From: a virus
Taxonomy: Duplodnaviria > Caudoviricetes
Virus record (IMG/VR): IMGVR_UViG_3300030376_001139
Coordinates: 1-43,361 of that record
Direction: 5' to 3' (one strand)
DNA length: 43,361 nucleotides
The translations under genes were made by a program, and so were the position numbers. The notes beneath the pieces are model-generated. The model saw only the letters and a list, made by a program, of their open reading frames with translations. It searched no databases and was not told the DNA's origin. Of the stretch, positions 18,994-27,899 are shown in pieces. The first letter of the stretch is position 1. Each line of letters opens with the position of its first letter.

Positions 18994-21494
18994 GAGAATT
19001 AATGCCTTTTGTAAAAGGTAAAAAGTTTGGTGAAGAAACAGGAAGTGACCTTACACCTAAACCAGGGCTACCTGAAAATACAGTTATAACTGGTAACTTA
19101 GCTGGTGAAATAATTGGAGAATCAAGTGGTTCAAGTCCAGAAAATAAAATTAAAAAAATATTAGATGAAGTTACTGAGTATACTCCTACACAATTCCTTA
19201 AAAGATATAGTCAAAAAGATTATAATTTAATGGCAGGTATGTTAGAAGATGCAGGATTCGGTGTAACTACTAAAACTAAAACAGGAGATGTTACAAACTT
19301 TATATTAAATGAACAATTTAAAGGTGAAGGTATCGGTGGAACAAGAGCAAATTTAGGTCAAGGTATTGGTGGACCTAGAATAAAATCATTAAATAAATTT
19401 GATATGCCATCTGAGTTACAAGGTGTAGGAAGTATGAACTGGGAAAGATATGCAGAACCAACAGAGAAATATATACCAGGTGTAACAGATAAAACAATAA
19501 CTGTTGATAATGCAATTATATCTACAGACTCTGGAATATTTGCTGAAGGTAATCAAAAACTACATTCAGCTCAACTAATGGATGATATTAAAGTATTAGA
19601 AGATACTATTTCAGGTTTTAGTGATGATGATTATAGTAGACCTTTATCTGCTGCTGACCAAACAACTACTGATGCAGAGAGGTTAGTACGTCAAAACAAA
19701 GCTAGAATGCGTTCAGGATTAGACCCTATAGTTAAACCTACAACATTAATAAATCCTGCTTTAGATGAGTTTGCTGGTATGTCTATTGGTGATTACTACA
19801 CTAATCAATTGATAGCTAAGAAAGCAGAACTAGAAGAACTTAAAATAAGTATGGGTCCTGGTTCAGAAGAACTTAGATTACAAAATTTATTAGATTCAGC
19901 ATCAGGAAATTTATCGTTTGGTGAACTGAAATCAACTACAGAACCTGTAAATAAACCTGCAATTACTACAGAAAATCCAATAACAGGAGTTAAAGATTCA
20001 ACAGATATAACTAAGAATAAAATTGTAGGTAGTGAGTCTGGTATGGTTGGTCCAGATTATGCAATAGGTGGTAAGAGCGAAGGAAAAAATATATTTAGTT
20101 ATCAATCAAAAGGTAAGTCAAGTATAGGAGGAATTGTATCTAATGACCCTGGTGCTATAAAAGGTATACAACAAATAGATGCATACTTTGCTAAAAGATG
20201 GGCAAAAGGTGAACCTTCTCAAGCTTTATTAATTGCAACAAAAGATTATGAAAATATTAAAGCAGGACATAGAGAAGCTGGTGTAGCTGCTGGTGTTCCT
20301 GATGTTCAACTAGATGATTATGTTTCAGGTAAAACTTGGGATGACATTGTAGCTAATGTAGATAAAAAAGATTGGATGGGTACTGGTTTAAATAAGAATG
20401 CTCAACACACAACAACACCTTATATCTCTGACATAATTGAAGAATCAGAAAGAGCTGGACAAGTATCTAAAATAAAAGGTTCTTTTACTGGTCTATCATA
20501 TGAAATGACTGATGACATGGAAGTTCAAAGAATATTAGACCAAATAAAAATGAATAGATTAGGAGAAGCTGGAGCAAGTCCAACACAAGTTGCTAAACAA
20601 TTACATCCTGATGTAGCCACAGAATTACATTTAAAAAAAGATGCAGAAACTGGTAACTATAAAGTTGATAAATCTGTTACAACAGGTAATATAAGTGACT
20701 CAGGTCCTGTAGTAAGAGATTTAAATTATGGTGTTAGAGACAGTGATTTTAGTGCAAGTCGTACAGCTGAATTAGATTTTACTGGTGTAGAACCAGAAGG
20801 TTATTCTAAAATGAATACAACAAATTTATTACCTGGAGAGAGTTCAATACAAGGAGCTAGAAGAAATGCAGTACTTGCTAAAATATCTGGCTGGGATTTT
20901 GAATCAGGAGCTTGGAAAAATAATACTGATATTAATGTATATGAAGGAAGACAACAATCATTAAGAACATATGTTCAGCAAGGTTCAATTAATCCTAATG
21001 ACATAGCTTGGAATGCAATTGCAACTGATATAGATGCAGGAACATTTGATAGTAGTAATATTAAAAAATATCTTAAGCTTAGTGGTGCAACTGATACAGC
21101 TGCATCTGCGTTAAAGACATCTGTTAATATTAAGTCAACAAGTAGAAAAGGTACATCTGTAACAATAGGTTCTAGCAAAGTTCCAGTAATTAAAACTGCA
21201 AAAGAAATGGCACCTGAAGCACCTGCACCTAAAACAGCAGACGTTGCATCTGCAGGAACAACAAAGTTTAGTGTTGATTCTTTAACTGATGCAGAGATAC
21301 AGATGTTACCTGCATATAAAGAGTTAAGACAATCATTAAGTGTATCTCCAGAATTAAAAAACTTAAGACCTGAAGCATTAGACAATATAACATTGACACG
21401 TACACGTAGTATATTAAAAGAGTTATCAAAACAAGATAAAGCAGCTACTAAAGGTTTTTCAAAAATGATAGAAACAATTATTAAATCCAGATAG
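18990..21494 (+). CDS. Large hypothetical protein (834 aa), possible virion cargo
   Basis: Long ORF with AGGAG RBS; no family recognised. Confidence 0.5.
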   Translation: MRELMPFVKGKKFGEETGSDLTPKPGLPENTVITGNLAGEIIGESSGSSPENKIKKILDEVTEYTPTQFLKRYSQKDYNLMAGMLEDAGFGVTTKTKTGDVTNFILNEQFKGEGIGGTRANLGQGIGGPRIKSLNKFDMPSELQGVGSMNWERYAEPTEKYIPGVTDKTITVDNAIISTDSGIFAEGNQKLHSAQLMDDIKVLEDTISGFSDDDYSRPLSAADQTTTDAERLVRQNKARMRSGLDPIVKPTTLINPALDEFAGMSIGDYYTNQLIAKKAELEELKISMGPGSEELRLQNLLDSASGNLSFGELKSTTEPVNKPAITTENPITGVKDSTDITKNKIVGSESGMVGPDYAIGGKSEGKNIFSYQSKGKSSIGGIVSNDPGAIKGIQQIDAYFAKRWAKGEPSQALLIATKDYENIKAGHREAGVAAGVPDVQLDDYVSGKTWDDIVANVDKKDWMGTGLNKNAQHTTTPYISDIIEESERAGQVSKIKGSFTGLSYEMTDDMEVQRILDQIKMNRLGEAGASPTQVAKQLHPDVATELHLKKDAETGNYKVDKSVTTGNISDSGPVVRDLNYGVRDSDFSASRTAELDFTGVEPEGYSKMNTTNLLPGESSIQGARRNAVLAKISGWDFESGAWKNNTDINVYEGRQQSLRTYVQQGSINPNDIAWNAIATDIDAGTFDSSNIKKYLKLSGATDTAASALKTSVNIKSTSRKGTSVTIGSSKVPVIKTAKEMAPEAPAPKTADVASAGTTKFSVDSLTDAEIQMLPAYKELRQSLSVSPELKNLRPEALDNITLTRTRSILKELSKQDKAATKGFSKMIETIIKSR

Positions 21495-21497
21495 TTG

Positions 21498-21506
21498 TGT
21501 TATAAT
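21498..21506 (+). promoter_or_regulatory. Extended -10 promoter TGTTATAAT
   Basis: Perfect motif in a short intergenic gap, followed by AGGAG and ATG 21517. Confidence 0.7.
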
Positions 21507-21516
21507 AGGAGACAAT

Positions 21517-21705
21517 ATGAGTAAAGAATATAAAGATATATTAGAAAAAACAGTATGGACATTTGTTGAAGCTTTCATAGGTGCGTTAACAGTAGCACCT
21601 TTAGTAGGTGTAGATGCTAACGCATTACAACTTGCTGCTTTGTCAGGTGCTGGTGCTGCGTTAGTAGTAATCAAAGAATTTGCTAAAAAACAATTGGCAA
21701 AGTAA
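21517..21705 (+). CDS. Holin, r1t-like
   Basis: KDILEKTVWTFVEAFIGAL start, two hydrophobic helices, basic C-terminus. Confidence 0.75.
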   Translation: MSKEYKDILEKTVWTFVEAFIGALTVAPLVGVDANALQLAALSGAGAALVVIKEFAKKQLAK

Positions 21706-22373
21706 TGGCTAAGTCTGACCCGAAAAAACTTAAAGCTGGTCTTGATTATCTAGACGATATAATAAGAACTGCTTATGGTACTCATAAGTGGAGTATTGAT
21801 GCGTTTACTAAATATACATCAGCTGACGCTATAAAGCATTCAAGACAAGGTATATCTAAACTTGGTATACAAAGTGGTGCTAGAGAAGGTATTGGAAAAA
21901 CTGTAAATATTATTAATGAAGCTGCTGAAGGTTACATTAGAGATAGTGTAACTGGTAACCCTACAAAAACAAGTGGTAGCTACATACATGTTGATGATGT
22001 TAAAGCTGCAATTCAAGCACAAGTAGATGAAGCTCTTTCATTTGCTAAATCACAAAAAAAAGTTGGTTTAGAAATAGGTGAAACAATAGGTAGAATTGCA
22101 GGAGCACAAGTTGCTAAGACAGCTGCTGCTGATGCTGCTCCAGGTTTAATTAAACAAGGAGTTAAAGTAGGTTTAAAACAGGGTGCTAAAGCTATGTTTG
22201 GTCCTGCTGCTATAGGTGGTATGGTTGCATGGGAAGCTGCAAGTAAAGGTTACGACAGAGCTACAAGTCCAGGTGGTAAAGAGTTTCACACTGGTGGTGG
22301 TGTACCATACTGGGAAGACAGAAATAAAAATAACAATGGTACAAAATTAAATCCATATTTAGGAAATTCATAA
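21705..22373 (+). CDS. Hypothetical protein with C-terminal WEDRNKNNNGTKLN motif
   Basis: 222 aa, TAATG-coupled; Gly/Ala-rich hydrophobic helix precedes the motif. Confidence 0.6.
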   Translation: MAKSDPKKLKAGLDYLDDIIRTAYGTHKWSIDAFTKYTSADAIKHSRQGISKLGIQSGAREGIGKTVNIINEAAEGYIRDSVTGNPTKTSGSYIHVDDVKAAIQAQVDEALSFAKSQKKVGLEIGETIGRIAGAQVAKTAAADAAPGLIKQGVKVGLKQGAKAMFGPAAIGGMVAWEAASKGYDRATSPGGKEFHTGGGVPYWEDRNKNNNGTKLNPYLGNS

Positions 22374-22777
22374 TGGCTAATACTAAAAAAATCGAGGGTG
22401 GTGGCGAAGAGTTTATCCTTGATATGATACACCCTAGTAATTACATAGGAGGTACATGGCATGACCCTTATGGTTCAGGTATAAAAAGAACTCCCGAACA
22501 AGTTAAAGAATGGAATAAAAAGTTATCTCAAAATCATGTAGATATGTTGCGTATACAAGGTCAACATTTTAAAACTTGGCAAGATAGAAATTCTGCTAAT
22601 GATGGAACAAAGTTAAACGGTCCTATGATGGTAGTGCCTCAAAATCCAGGGCCTGAATTCTATGAGGAAGCTCGTAAAACATTCGAATGGTATGGAAAAG
22701 TACAGAAAGACCGAGCTGTTCTAAAGAAAATGGATGAATATGATAAACAAATTTTTAAAGCTAGGCCAGGTCGCTAA
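22373..22777 (+). CDS. Hypothetical protein with internal WQDRNSANDGTKLN motif
   Basis: 134 aa, TAATG-coupled on both sides. Confidence 0.6.
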   Translation: MANTKKIEGGGEEFILDMIHPSNYIGGTWHDPYGSGIKRTPEQVKEWNKKLSQNHVDMLRIQGQHFKTWQDRNSANDGTKLNGPMMVVPQNPGPEFYEEARKTFEWYGKVQKDRAVLKKMDEYDKQIFKARPGR

Positions 22778-23253
22778 TGGCTAACAAACCTAGACGTTCA
22801 AAAAGAAAACCAAATATTAACCAAGGTGTATATAATAAGCTTGATGTTGCAGACCAAAAAGCTTATAAAGATTCAGCTGGTTTACCTTATATAAAAAGAT
22901 ATAGAGAAACTATTGGTGGCAAACCAGGAACAAAAGAAAGACCACCTGGCCCAAGACAACTGCCTGATACAGGAGGAAGTAAAAAAATTAATACACCTGA
23001 CTCTAATGGATTTATAGGTGCAGGATTAACTGGATTAGGTAGAAACGAATTACAAAGACGTGTTCAGCAACACAATGCACTAGCACAAAAAGCATTTGAA
23101 TCAGCAGGTGGTGGTAAAAAAGAAGCATTAACTGCAGCTGATGTAGCTAATGTATATCGTGGTTTAAGATTTCAAAATCGTGCAAAGGTTATGAAAACTA
23201 TGGCTGAATATGAAAAGATTGGTAAAGATTATTACCCTAAGAATAAAAAATAA
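22777..23253 (+). CDS. Basic hypothetical protein, possibly DNA-binding
   Basis: 158 aa, K/R-rich; last gene of the rightward arm. Confidence 0.55.
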   Translation: MANKPRRSKRKPNINQGVYNKLDVADQKAYKDSAGLPYIKRYRETIGGKPGTKERPPGPRQLPDTGGSKKINTPDSNGFIGAGLTGLGRNELQRRVQQHNALAQKAFESAGGGKKEALTAADVANVYRGLRFQNRAKVMKTMAEYEKIGKDYYPKNKK

Positions 23254-23266
23254 TCTGCGTCAATTG

Positions 23267-23542
23267 TTAGAAGCGATTACTTTCTCTTTTTAAAAAACCT
23301 TTTAATAAATCTCTGTATGCCACTGAAGTTCCTACCCTCTGTCTTCCATCATATATATCGTGATGATACTTACATAATATCGCTACATTATTAATGTCAA
23401 ACTTTCTTTTCTTATTACCGCCCATACCTATACCTTGTATGTGTGCTAACTCCAGCCATTTGTTGTCGTTACAATAAGCCCACTCACAGCGTCCCCCTGC
23501 ACGCTGCATGGCTTCTTCACGCAGCTCTGATAAACTATCCAT
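23267..23542 (-). CDS. HNH endonuclease
   Basis: RAGGRCEWAYC...LELAHI...NNVAILCKYHH. Confidence 0.8.
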   Translation of the reverse strand: MDSLSELREEAMQRAGGRCEWAYCNDNKWLELAHIQGIGMGGNKKRKFDINNVAILCKYHHDIYDGRQRVGTSVAYRDLLKGFLKRESNRF

Positions 23543-24092
23543 CTATTGTAAAGTACATACCCTGAGGTAAGTCCCATCCTTGTTTAATATCCATCCATCT
23601 TACTTTGCCTGGTTCATGTGAACCACTGTATATGCAATTAGATATATACATAAACATTAGAGTTGTAACTTGTTTGTTCTCACGATAATAATCTAATGAA
23701 GATTTTTCTATAAGTTTTAATATGTAATCTATTGTACGTTGTGTTACTTCACCGTGGTCTTTCTTTGTCTTAGGACGCATAGCATGTTCTATGTTAATAG
23801 TGTCATTTAACCCGGCAGTTACTTTACGTGGACATAACTTAGCTTTACGTATAGCGTCTTCTGTATGTGTAAGACTTACCTTTATATCTAAAGTATCTCT
23901 ATCAAATTTATATTTGACATATATAGGTATGTCTTTATCAGTAAGACCTAGTAATCTTTTACCACCAAATGTTTCAATAGTCTTAGCTAATTCTATTTTT
24001 TCTTTTACCCACTCCCTACGTCTAGCTCTAGCACTGACGTCTGTAGTGTGGTCACGTTCTTCTCTTGTTGTGAATGATTTAAAGTTATTCAT
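23535..24092 (-). CDS. Hypothetical protein
   Basis: 185-aa ORF, GAGGAGG RBS, coupled to neighbours. Confidence 0.6.
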   Translation of the reverse strand: MNNFKSFTTREERDHTTDVSARARRREWVKEKIELAKTIETFGGKRLLGLTDKDIPIYVKYKFDRDTLDIKVSLTHTEDAIRKAKLCPRKVTAGLNDTINIEHAMRPKTKKDHGEVTQRTIDYILKLIEKSSLDYYRENKQVTTLMFMYISNCIYSGSHEPGKVRWMDIKQGWDLPQGMYFTIDG

Positions 24093-24301
24093 TATTCCTC
24101 CTCTAATTGTCCTAAGTGATAGTTATAATCTATTACAAATTTATCCATTAAGAACCTAAGCTTTTTCATATCAGGTCCTACATTAAATGTGTCACTACCA
24201 CATGCTTTATTAAACTGTTGTGCCCATACTTTCATATACTTTGGATGTGTAAATATATTCACATCATTAATGTCAAATGGTTTCTTACCCATATGTTTCA
24301 T
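24092..24301 (-). CDS. Hypothetical protein
   Basis: 66-69 aa (start 24301 or 24292), in the operon chain. Confidence 0.55.
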   Translation of the reverse strand: MKHMGKKPFDINDVNIFTHPKYMKVWAQQFNKACGSDTFNVGPDMKKLRFLMDKFVIDYNYHLGQLEEE

Positions 24302-24443
24302 CTCCTAATCTTTGTATACATTCACCGCACCAATCTGTAATTATTTCATCTGTAAAAAAATTTTCCTTACATACCATACAGATTAAATTTTGTGTGTGAT
24401 GTATTTGTCGTCTGAAGTTTTTAAAGACATTAGATAAACTCAT
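24285..24443 (-). CDS. 52-aa zinc-ribbon protein (absent from ORF track)
   Basis: MSLSNVFKNF...CMVC...WCGEC...; fills the gap with overlaps on both sides. Confidence 0.55.
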   Translation of the reverse strand: MSLSNVFKNFRRQIHHTQNLICMVCKENFFTDEIITDWCGECIQRLGDETYG

Positions 24444-24534
24444 CTATATGTCCCCATACTTTTTCACAGTAATCACAATAAACTTGGTCAGTTATTGGAC
24501 ATACTATTGATAATTTTATACCACAACATTTCAT
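24430..24534 (-). CDS. Possible 34-aa Cys-rich peptide (absent from ORF track)
   Basis: MKCCGIKLSIVCPITDQVYCDYCEKVWGHIDEFI; overlaps the end of the transglycosylase gene. Confidence 0.35.
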   Translation of the reverse strand: MKCCGIKLSIVCPITDQVYCDYCEKVWGHIDEFI

Positions 24535-24940
24535 TGTCATACCCTTTCCAACAGTGTTTACTACTATTCCAATGATGCCAACCGTCATTGTATACTAACC
24601 AAGAAGCCACTGCTGTAGATACTTCTGGATTAAATCTATTGTTTATTATACCAAGCTTAGGTGTTAACCAAGCCCAAGTATCATCATTGAATTGCCAGAG
24701 TCCAACATCTTGCGTCCCATTTGTATTATTACCAACTGCACGTGTGCGGCCACGGCTTTCACAGTAAATAATATTAAGTGATTGCAAGATGTCTTCCTCC
24801 TTAAAATACCTGGATACTATGTCTGTGTGTCTAGATACAACTACTATTTTATTTTGTACTTGTAAACATTCTTTGTATTCAGGTAAGTTGTTAGGTGTAA
24901 GTAACATAGGAAACAAACACCCAACAATTATTTCTATCAT
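24488..24940 (-). CDS. Lytic transglycosylase (SLT/Rpf-like lysozyme fold)
   Basis: CES catalytic Glu, GLWQFNDDTW, GWHHW; hydrophobic N-terminus. Confidence 0.8.
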   Translation of the reverse strand: MIEIIVGCLFPMLLTPNNLPEYKECLQVQNKIVVVSRHTDIVSRYFKEEDILQSLNIIYCESRGRTRAVGNNTNGTQDVGLWQFNDDTWAWLTPKLGIINNRFNPEVSTAVASWLVYNDGWHHWNSSKHCWKGYDNEMLWYKIINSMSNN

Positions 24941-25215
24941 TAGCTAATGGCAGCTTTTGTTGGTAGTTCAGTACAATAATAATGTACTAAGCCACGCTTT
25001 TTACTCGGTAAAGTTGTTATCTTATAACCTTCCTGCCTAAGGTTATGTATAATACCACCAAATCTATGGCAATATAATTCAGCTACAAACTCCCAGTTAC
25101 TTATAGGACTTTCTCCCATATATCTAGTAAGTATATAAGCTACAAGTTGTGTCTTACTTTTAATGTAGGCTGGTATATCTTCACCTCTAAATGATTCAGG
25201 TATCATACTCCCCAC
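24940..25215 (-). CDS. Winged helix-turn-helix protein
   Basis: ISNWEF...RFGGIIHNLRQEGYKITT pattern; the start may be 25206. Confidence 0.65.
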   Translation of the reverse strand: MGSMIPESFRGEDIPAYIKSKTQLVAYILTRYMGESPISNWEFVAELYCHRFGGIIHNLRQEGYKITTLPSKKRGLVHYYCTELPTKAAIS

Positions 25216-25742
25216 TCTTCTGGTATATCACTGTTATCTAACCACCATGACTTACGCCATTTACCTGTGTGTCCACCACATATAACAGGGTCATCTTTAC
25301 TACATGTAAAGTCTGGACTTTTATCTGACTTTTTACTGTTACGATTATCGTATACCATTGACTGACAATAAGGACATTTTAAATCCTTACGATACTTTGC
25401 TTGTTCTGACATTTTATTTATGACCTCTCCGACTATACCACTAGAGTCTTGAAGACCTGGTGTTATGTCTGTACTGTCTAATCCTACCGCTTTTAATTTC
25501 TCTTGTATATCCATACTTTCAAAATCAATATCACTATATTCTACAGGCATATCAACTAACTTTTCAATCATATTGAAATACTTTGTTAACTGTTCGTCTG
25601 TCCAATCTGTCTTTAGCTTAGGAAATTTCATGGTACGTGCATAGTCGTTAGCAAGTCCCATAATCTTATGTAATGTCTCTGTATTCTTTACATCAGTCGT
25701 CATGCTTTGTATAGTCTTAGCTATAAATTCTAAGTCCTGCAT
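25203..25742 (-). CDS. Protein with C-terminal zinc finger, partner of the annealase
   Basis: CPYC...DNR...PDFTC...C...W; TAATG-coupled to the Rad52-like gene. Confidence 0.6.
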   Translation of the reverse strand: MQDLEFIAKTIQSMTTDVKNTETLHKIMGLANDYARTMKFPKLKTDWTDEQLTKYFNMIEKLVDMPVEYSDIDFESMDIQEKLKAVGLDSTDITPGLQDSSGIVGEVINKMSEQAKYRKDLKCPYCQSMVYDNRNSKKSDKSPDFTCSKDDPVICGGHTGKWRKSWWLDNSDIPEEWGV

Positions 25743-26305
25743 TAGAATGGTGGTTCTTCTGGTGTATCATCAGCTGCATCGCTGCTATCTTCACCTATAA
25801 TACTATCCATAATATCATTCATACGTTGGACATCTTCCTTAGTAGGTTTGTTTTCTTTCTTACGCATGTCAACCTTAGTAACTTCTACATTATCTTCAGG
25901 TTCAGAATCAGCGGTAGCTTCTTCTTCTGACTGTTTGCTGCCTGACCATAGCTCTACGCCAAGTCCAAACCTCATACATGCACGTTTAAATGCGTCAGAT
26001 TCTGCGTCTTTTAAGTTAGTGCCATCGTTAAACTTATCGTTGTTTAACTTGAATGTATCTATATCACCAAAGCCATCGTAACTTCCCATGTCTTCAATAG
26101 TTATAGTACCTTTAGCACCTACTATTCTGTTCTCACTGTTATGTGTACCATAGATAGGTTCACAATGCCAGGTGTATTTAACTCCACTGTCCCGTAGTCG
26201 TTCAACATAATGTGCGTGTGGCACATAGTCACCGAACTTACCTGCGGGTGCTTTTCTTACTAACTCCTGTGGAAAAGGGGATAGCAAGTCAACGTTATTG
26301 CTCAT
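25742..26305 (-). CDS. Rad52/Sak-like single-strand annealing protein
   Basis: LLSPFP...YVPHAHYVERL...KDAESDAFKRACMRFGLGVELW; acidic tail ending EEPPF. Confidence 0.8.
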   Translation of the reverse strand: MSNNVDLLSPFPQELVRKAPAGKFGDYVPHAHYVERLRDSGVKYTWHCEPIYGTHNSENRIVGAKGTITIEDMGSYDGFGDIDTFKLNNDKFNDGTNLKDAESDAFKRACMRFGLGVELWSGSKQSEEEATADSEPEDNVEVTKVDMRKKENKPTKEDVQRMNDIMDSIIGEDSSDAADDTPEEPPF

Positions 26306-26318
26306 AACATTCCTTCCT

Positions 26319-26363
26319 GTATTTTTATGTACGATTACATAAGTAGTGAGTACATAAAAATAC
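26319..26363. promoter_or_regulatory. Conserved-loop hairpin, copy 1
   Basis: 14-bp perfect stem; loop GATTACATAAGTAGTGA. Confidence 0.75.
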
Positions 26364-26365
26364 TT

Positions 26366-26572
26366 CTATTCAATTTCTAAGTCTAATAGCTTTCTTAAAT
26401 TATGTATACCACGTTCTATTGGTACCATTTTAAAATCGCCTTCGTCATTCATTAGTATAAAGTGTGGCTTATCACCTAAACCACTGTACTCTATACTTTG
26501 TAAATGCCATTTAGACTTGACATTATTAATAGTCATATTAGTATTATATCTTTTTTTATTCGTTATTGCCAA
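26366..26572 (-). CDS. Hypothetical protein
   Basis: 68-aa ORF in the operon chain. Confidence 0.55.
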   Translation of the reverse strand: MAITNKKRYNTNMTINNVKSKWHLQSIEYSGLGDKPHFILMNDEGDFKMVPIERGIHNLRKLLDLEIE

Positions 26573-27620
26573 GCTTAACTAAGTATTCAGCTGTTACACC
26601 TAAACCTGGTTTAGCAAACAACAACCATTGACATGGTCTACCCATGCTAGCTAATTGTTCTAAGGCATATGTGTTGTAGCTTTCAGTACTTCCATTAACC
26701 CATAACCTTACGTCATTAACATACATCGTTGTAGGTGTATGAAAATGTCCAGCAATTGCATAGTCAAAGTCTGGCATCAGACCTCTAGATGCTAATGCTT
26801 TCCAACCTAATAGCTTCTTACCAAAGCCATACCAAGGGAAACCACTGTGTCCTCTTACATTGTCACCATGCCATACAAAGAACTTACATTCTTCTCCTAC
26901 ATCTGCAATGTCGAACCAATGGTTATCACCTGTGCTATCAGGGATAGTCCATGACATTCTTTTTTCATTACGATATATCATTGACATAATCTTTCCAAGC
27001 ATTCTATCTGCATTGGAATCTGGATGGTAGTCTTTACGTGCTCTACCACCAAGGCTGCCATGATTACCTATTACCCAATGAACTTCTACTTCGTTAAAGT
27101 TTGCTAGTAATATGTCAAAGAACTTTGTCAATATTCTAGGTCCATCTATTGTCACTTGGTTATATAAACTAGCGTCAATAAGATGTGTTTGACCTGGGAA
27201 TATAAGCTCACCTTCTACTATATCTCCTGCAGCTAACACTACGCATTTGTTAACTGGGTGTGCAGAACGTTGTACATTAGTAAGCTCTACTATCTTATTA
27301 GCATATTCAACAACACGTTCTTCTGCTACTTCTGTATTGTAGTCAGGTGTTACCTTTGCTAATTGTATATCTGATAGTACTGCTACTGCTACCTCTTCGT
27401 TCTTAGTTCGCTTATGTAACTTAGGCTTTGGTATCCTAGGTTTGTCCCACGTCCTTAGGTTTGTAGATACTGCGTCATACACAGCGTCAACCATGTCAGC
27501 TTTTTTGTTCTTAGCTTTCTCTAACTTTCGTAAGAGTTTTAGATTGTCAGCTTTTAACTCGGCTATCTTGGATGACTCTGCTTCTGCTAGCAGTTTTTCT
27601 ATATTAACTTTCTTTGACAT
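26556..27620 (-). CDS. Calcineurin-like metallophosphoesterase with N-terminal coiled coil
   Basis: SDIQ, GD, GNHG, WHGD and GHFH motifs; ATG 27620 preferred. Confidence 0.85.
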   Translation of the reverse strand: MSKKVNIEKLLAEAESSKIAELKADNLKLLRKLEKAKNKKADMVDAVYDAVSTNLRTWDKPRIPKPKLHKRTKNEEVAVAVLSDIQLAKVTPDYNTEVAEERVVEYANKIVELTNVQRSAHPVNKCVVLAAGDIVEGELIFPGQTHLIDASLYNQVTIDGPRILTKFFDILLANFNEVEVHWVIGNHGSLGGRARKDYHPDSNADRMLGKIMSMIYRNEKRMSWTIPDSTGDNHWFDIADVGEECKFFVWHGDNVRGHSGFPWYGFGKKLLGWKALASRGLMPDFDYAIAGHFHTPTTMYVNDVRLWVNGSTESYNTYALEQLASMGRPCQWLLFAKPGLGVTAEYLVKLGNNE

Positions 27621-27846
27621 TAGCGTCAACTATATTCTGAAAGTGATGCCTAACTGCAGTCTCACTTATCTTTATATTATAATGTTGTTTTAATAGTCTT
27701 GATACAACGAAGGGTTTGACTGGTCGTCCAGCTTTTACTCTGTCTTCAAGGCCATCCCAAAAAGGTTTCGCCTCGTCAGTTATTCGACTAAGTATAGCAG
27801 TTCTCTTACCATTCTCTGCTTCGTCAAGTAATTCATTTATATCCAT
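27604..27846 (-). CDS. Small HTH-like protein
   Basis: VSRLLKQHYNIKISETAVRHH; directly follows a leaderless-type promoter. Confidence 0.6.
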   Translation of the reverse strand: MDINELLDEAENGKRTAILSRITDEAKPFWDGLEDRVKAGRPVKPFVVSRLLKQHYNIKISETAVRHHFQNIVDANVKES

Positions 27847-27852
27847 GTGTTC

Positions 27853-27861
27853 ATTATAACA
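27853..27861 (-). promoter_or_regulatory. Extended -10 promoter TGTTATAAT (leaderless configuration)
   Basis: Perfect motif on the - strand, 6 nt before ATG 27846. Confidence 0.7.
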
Positions 27862-27899
27862 GTTTTATTTAGTATGCAATTAACTAAGTAATTAATTCC

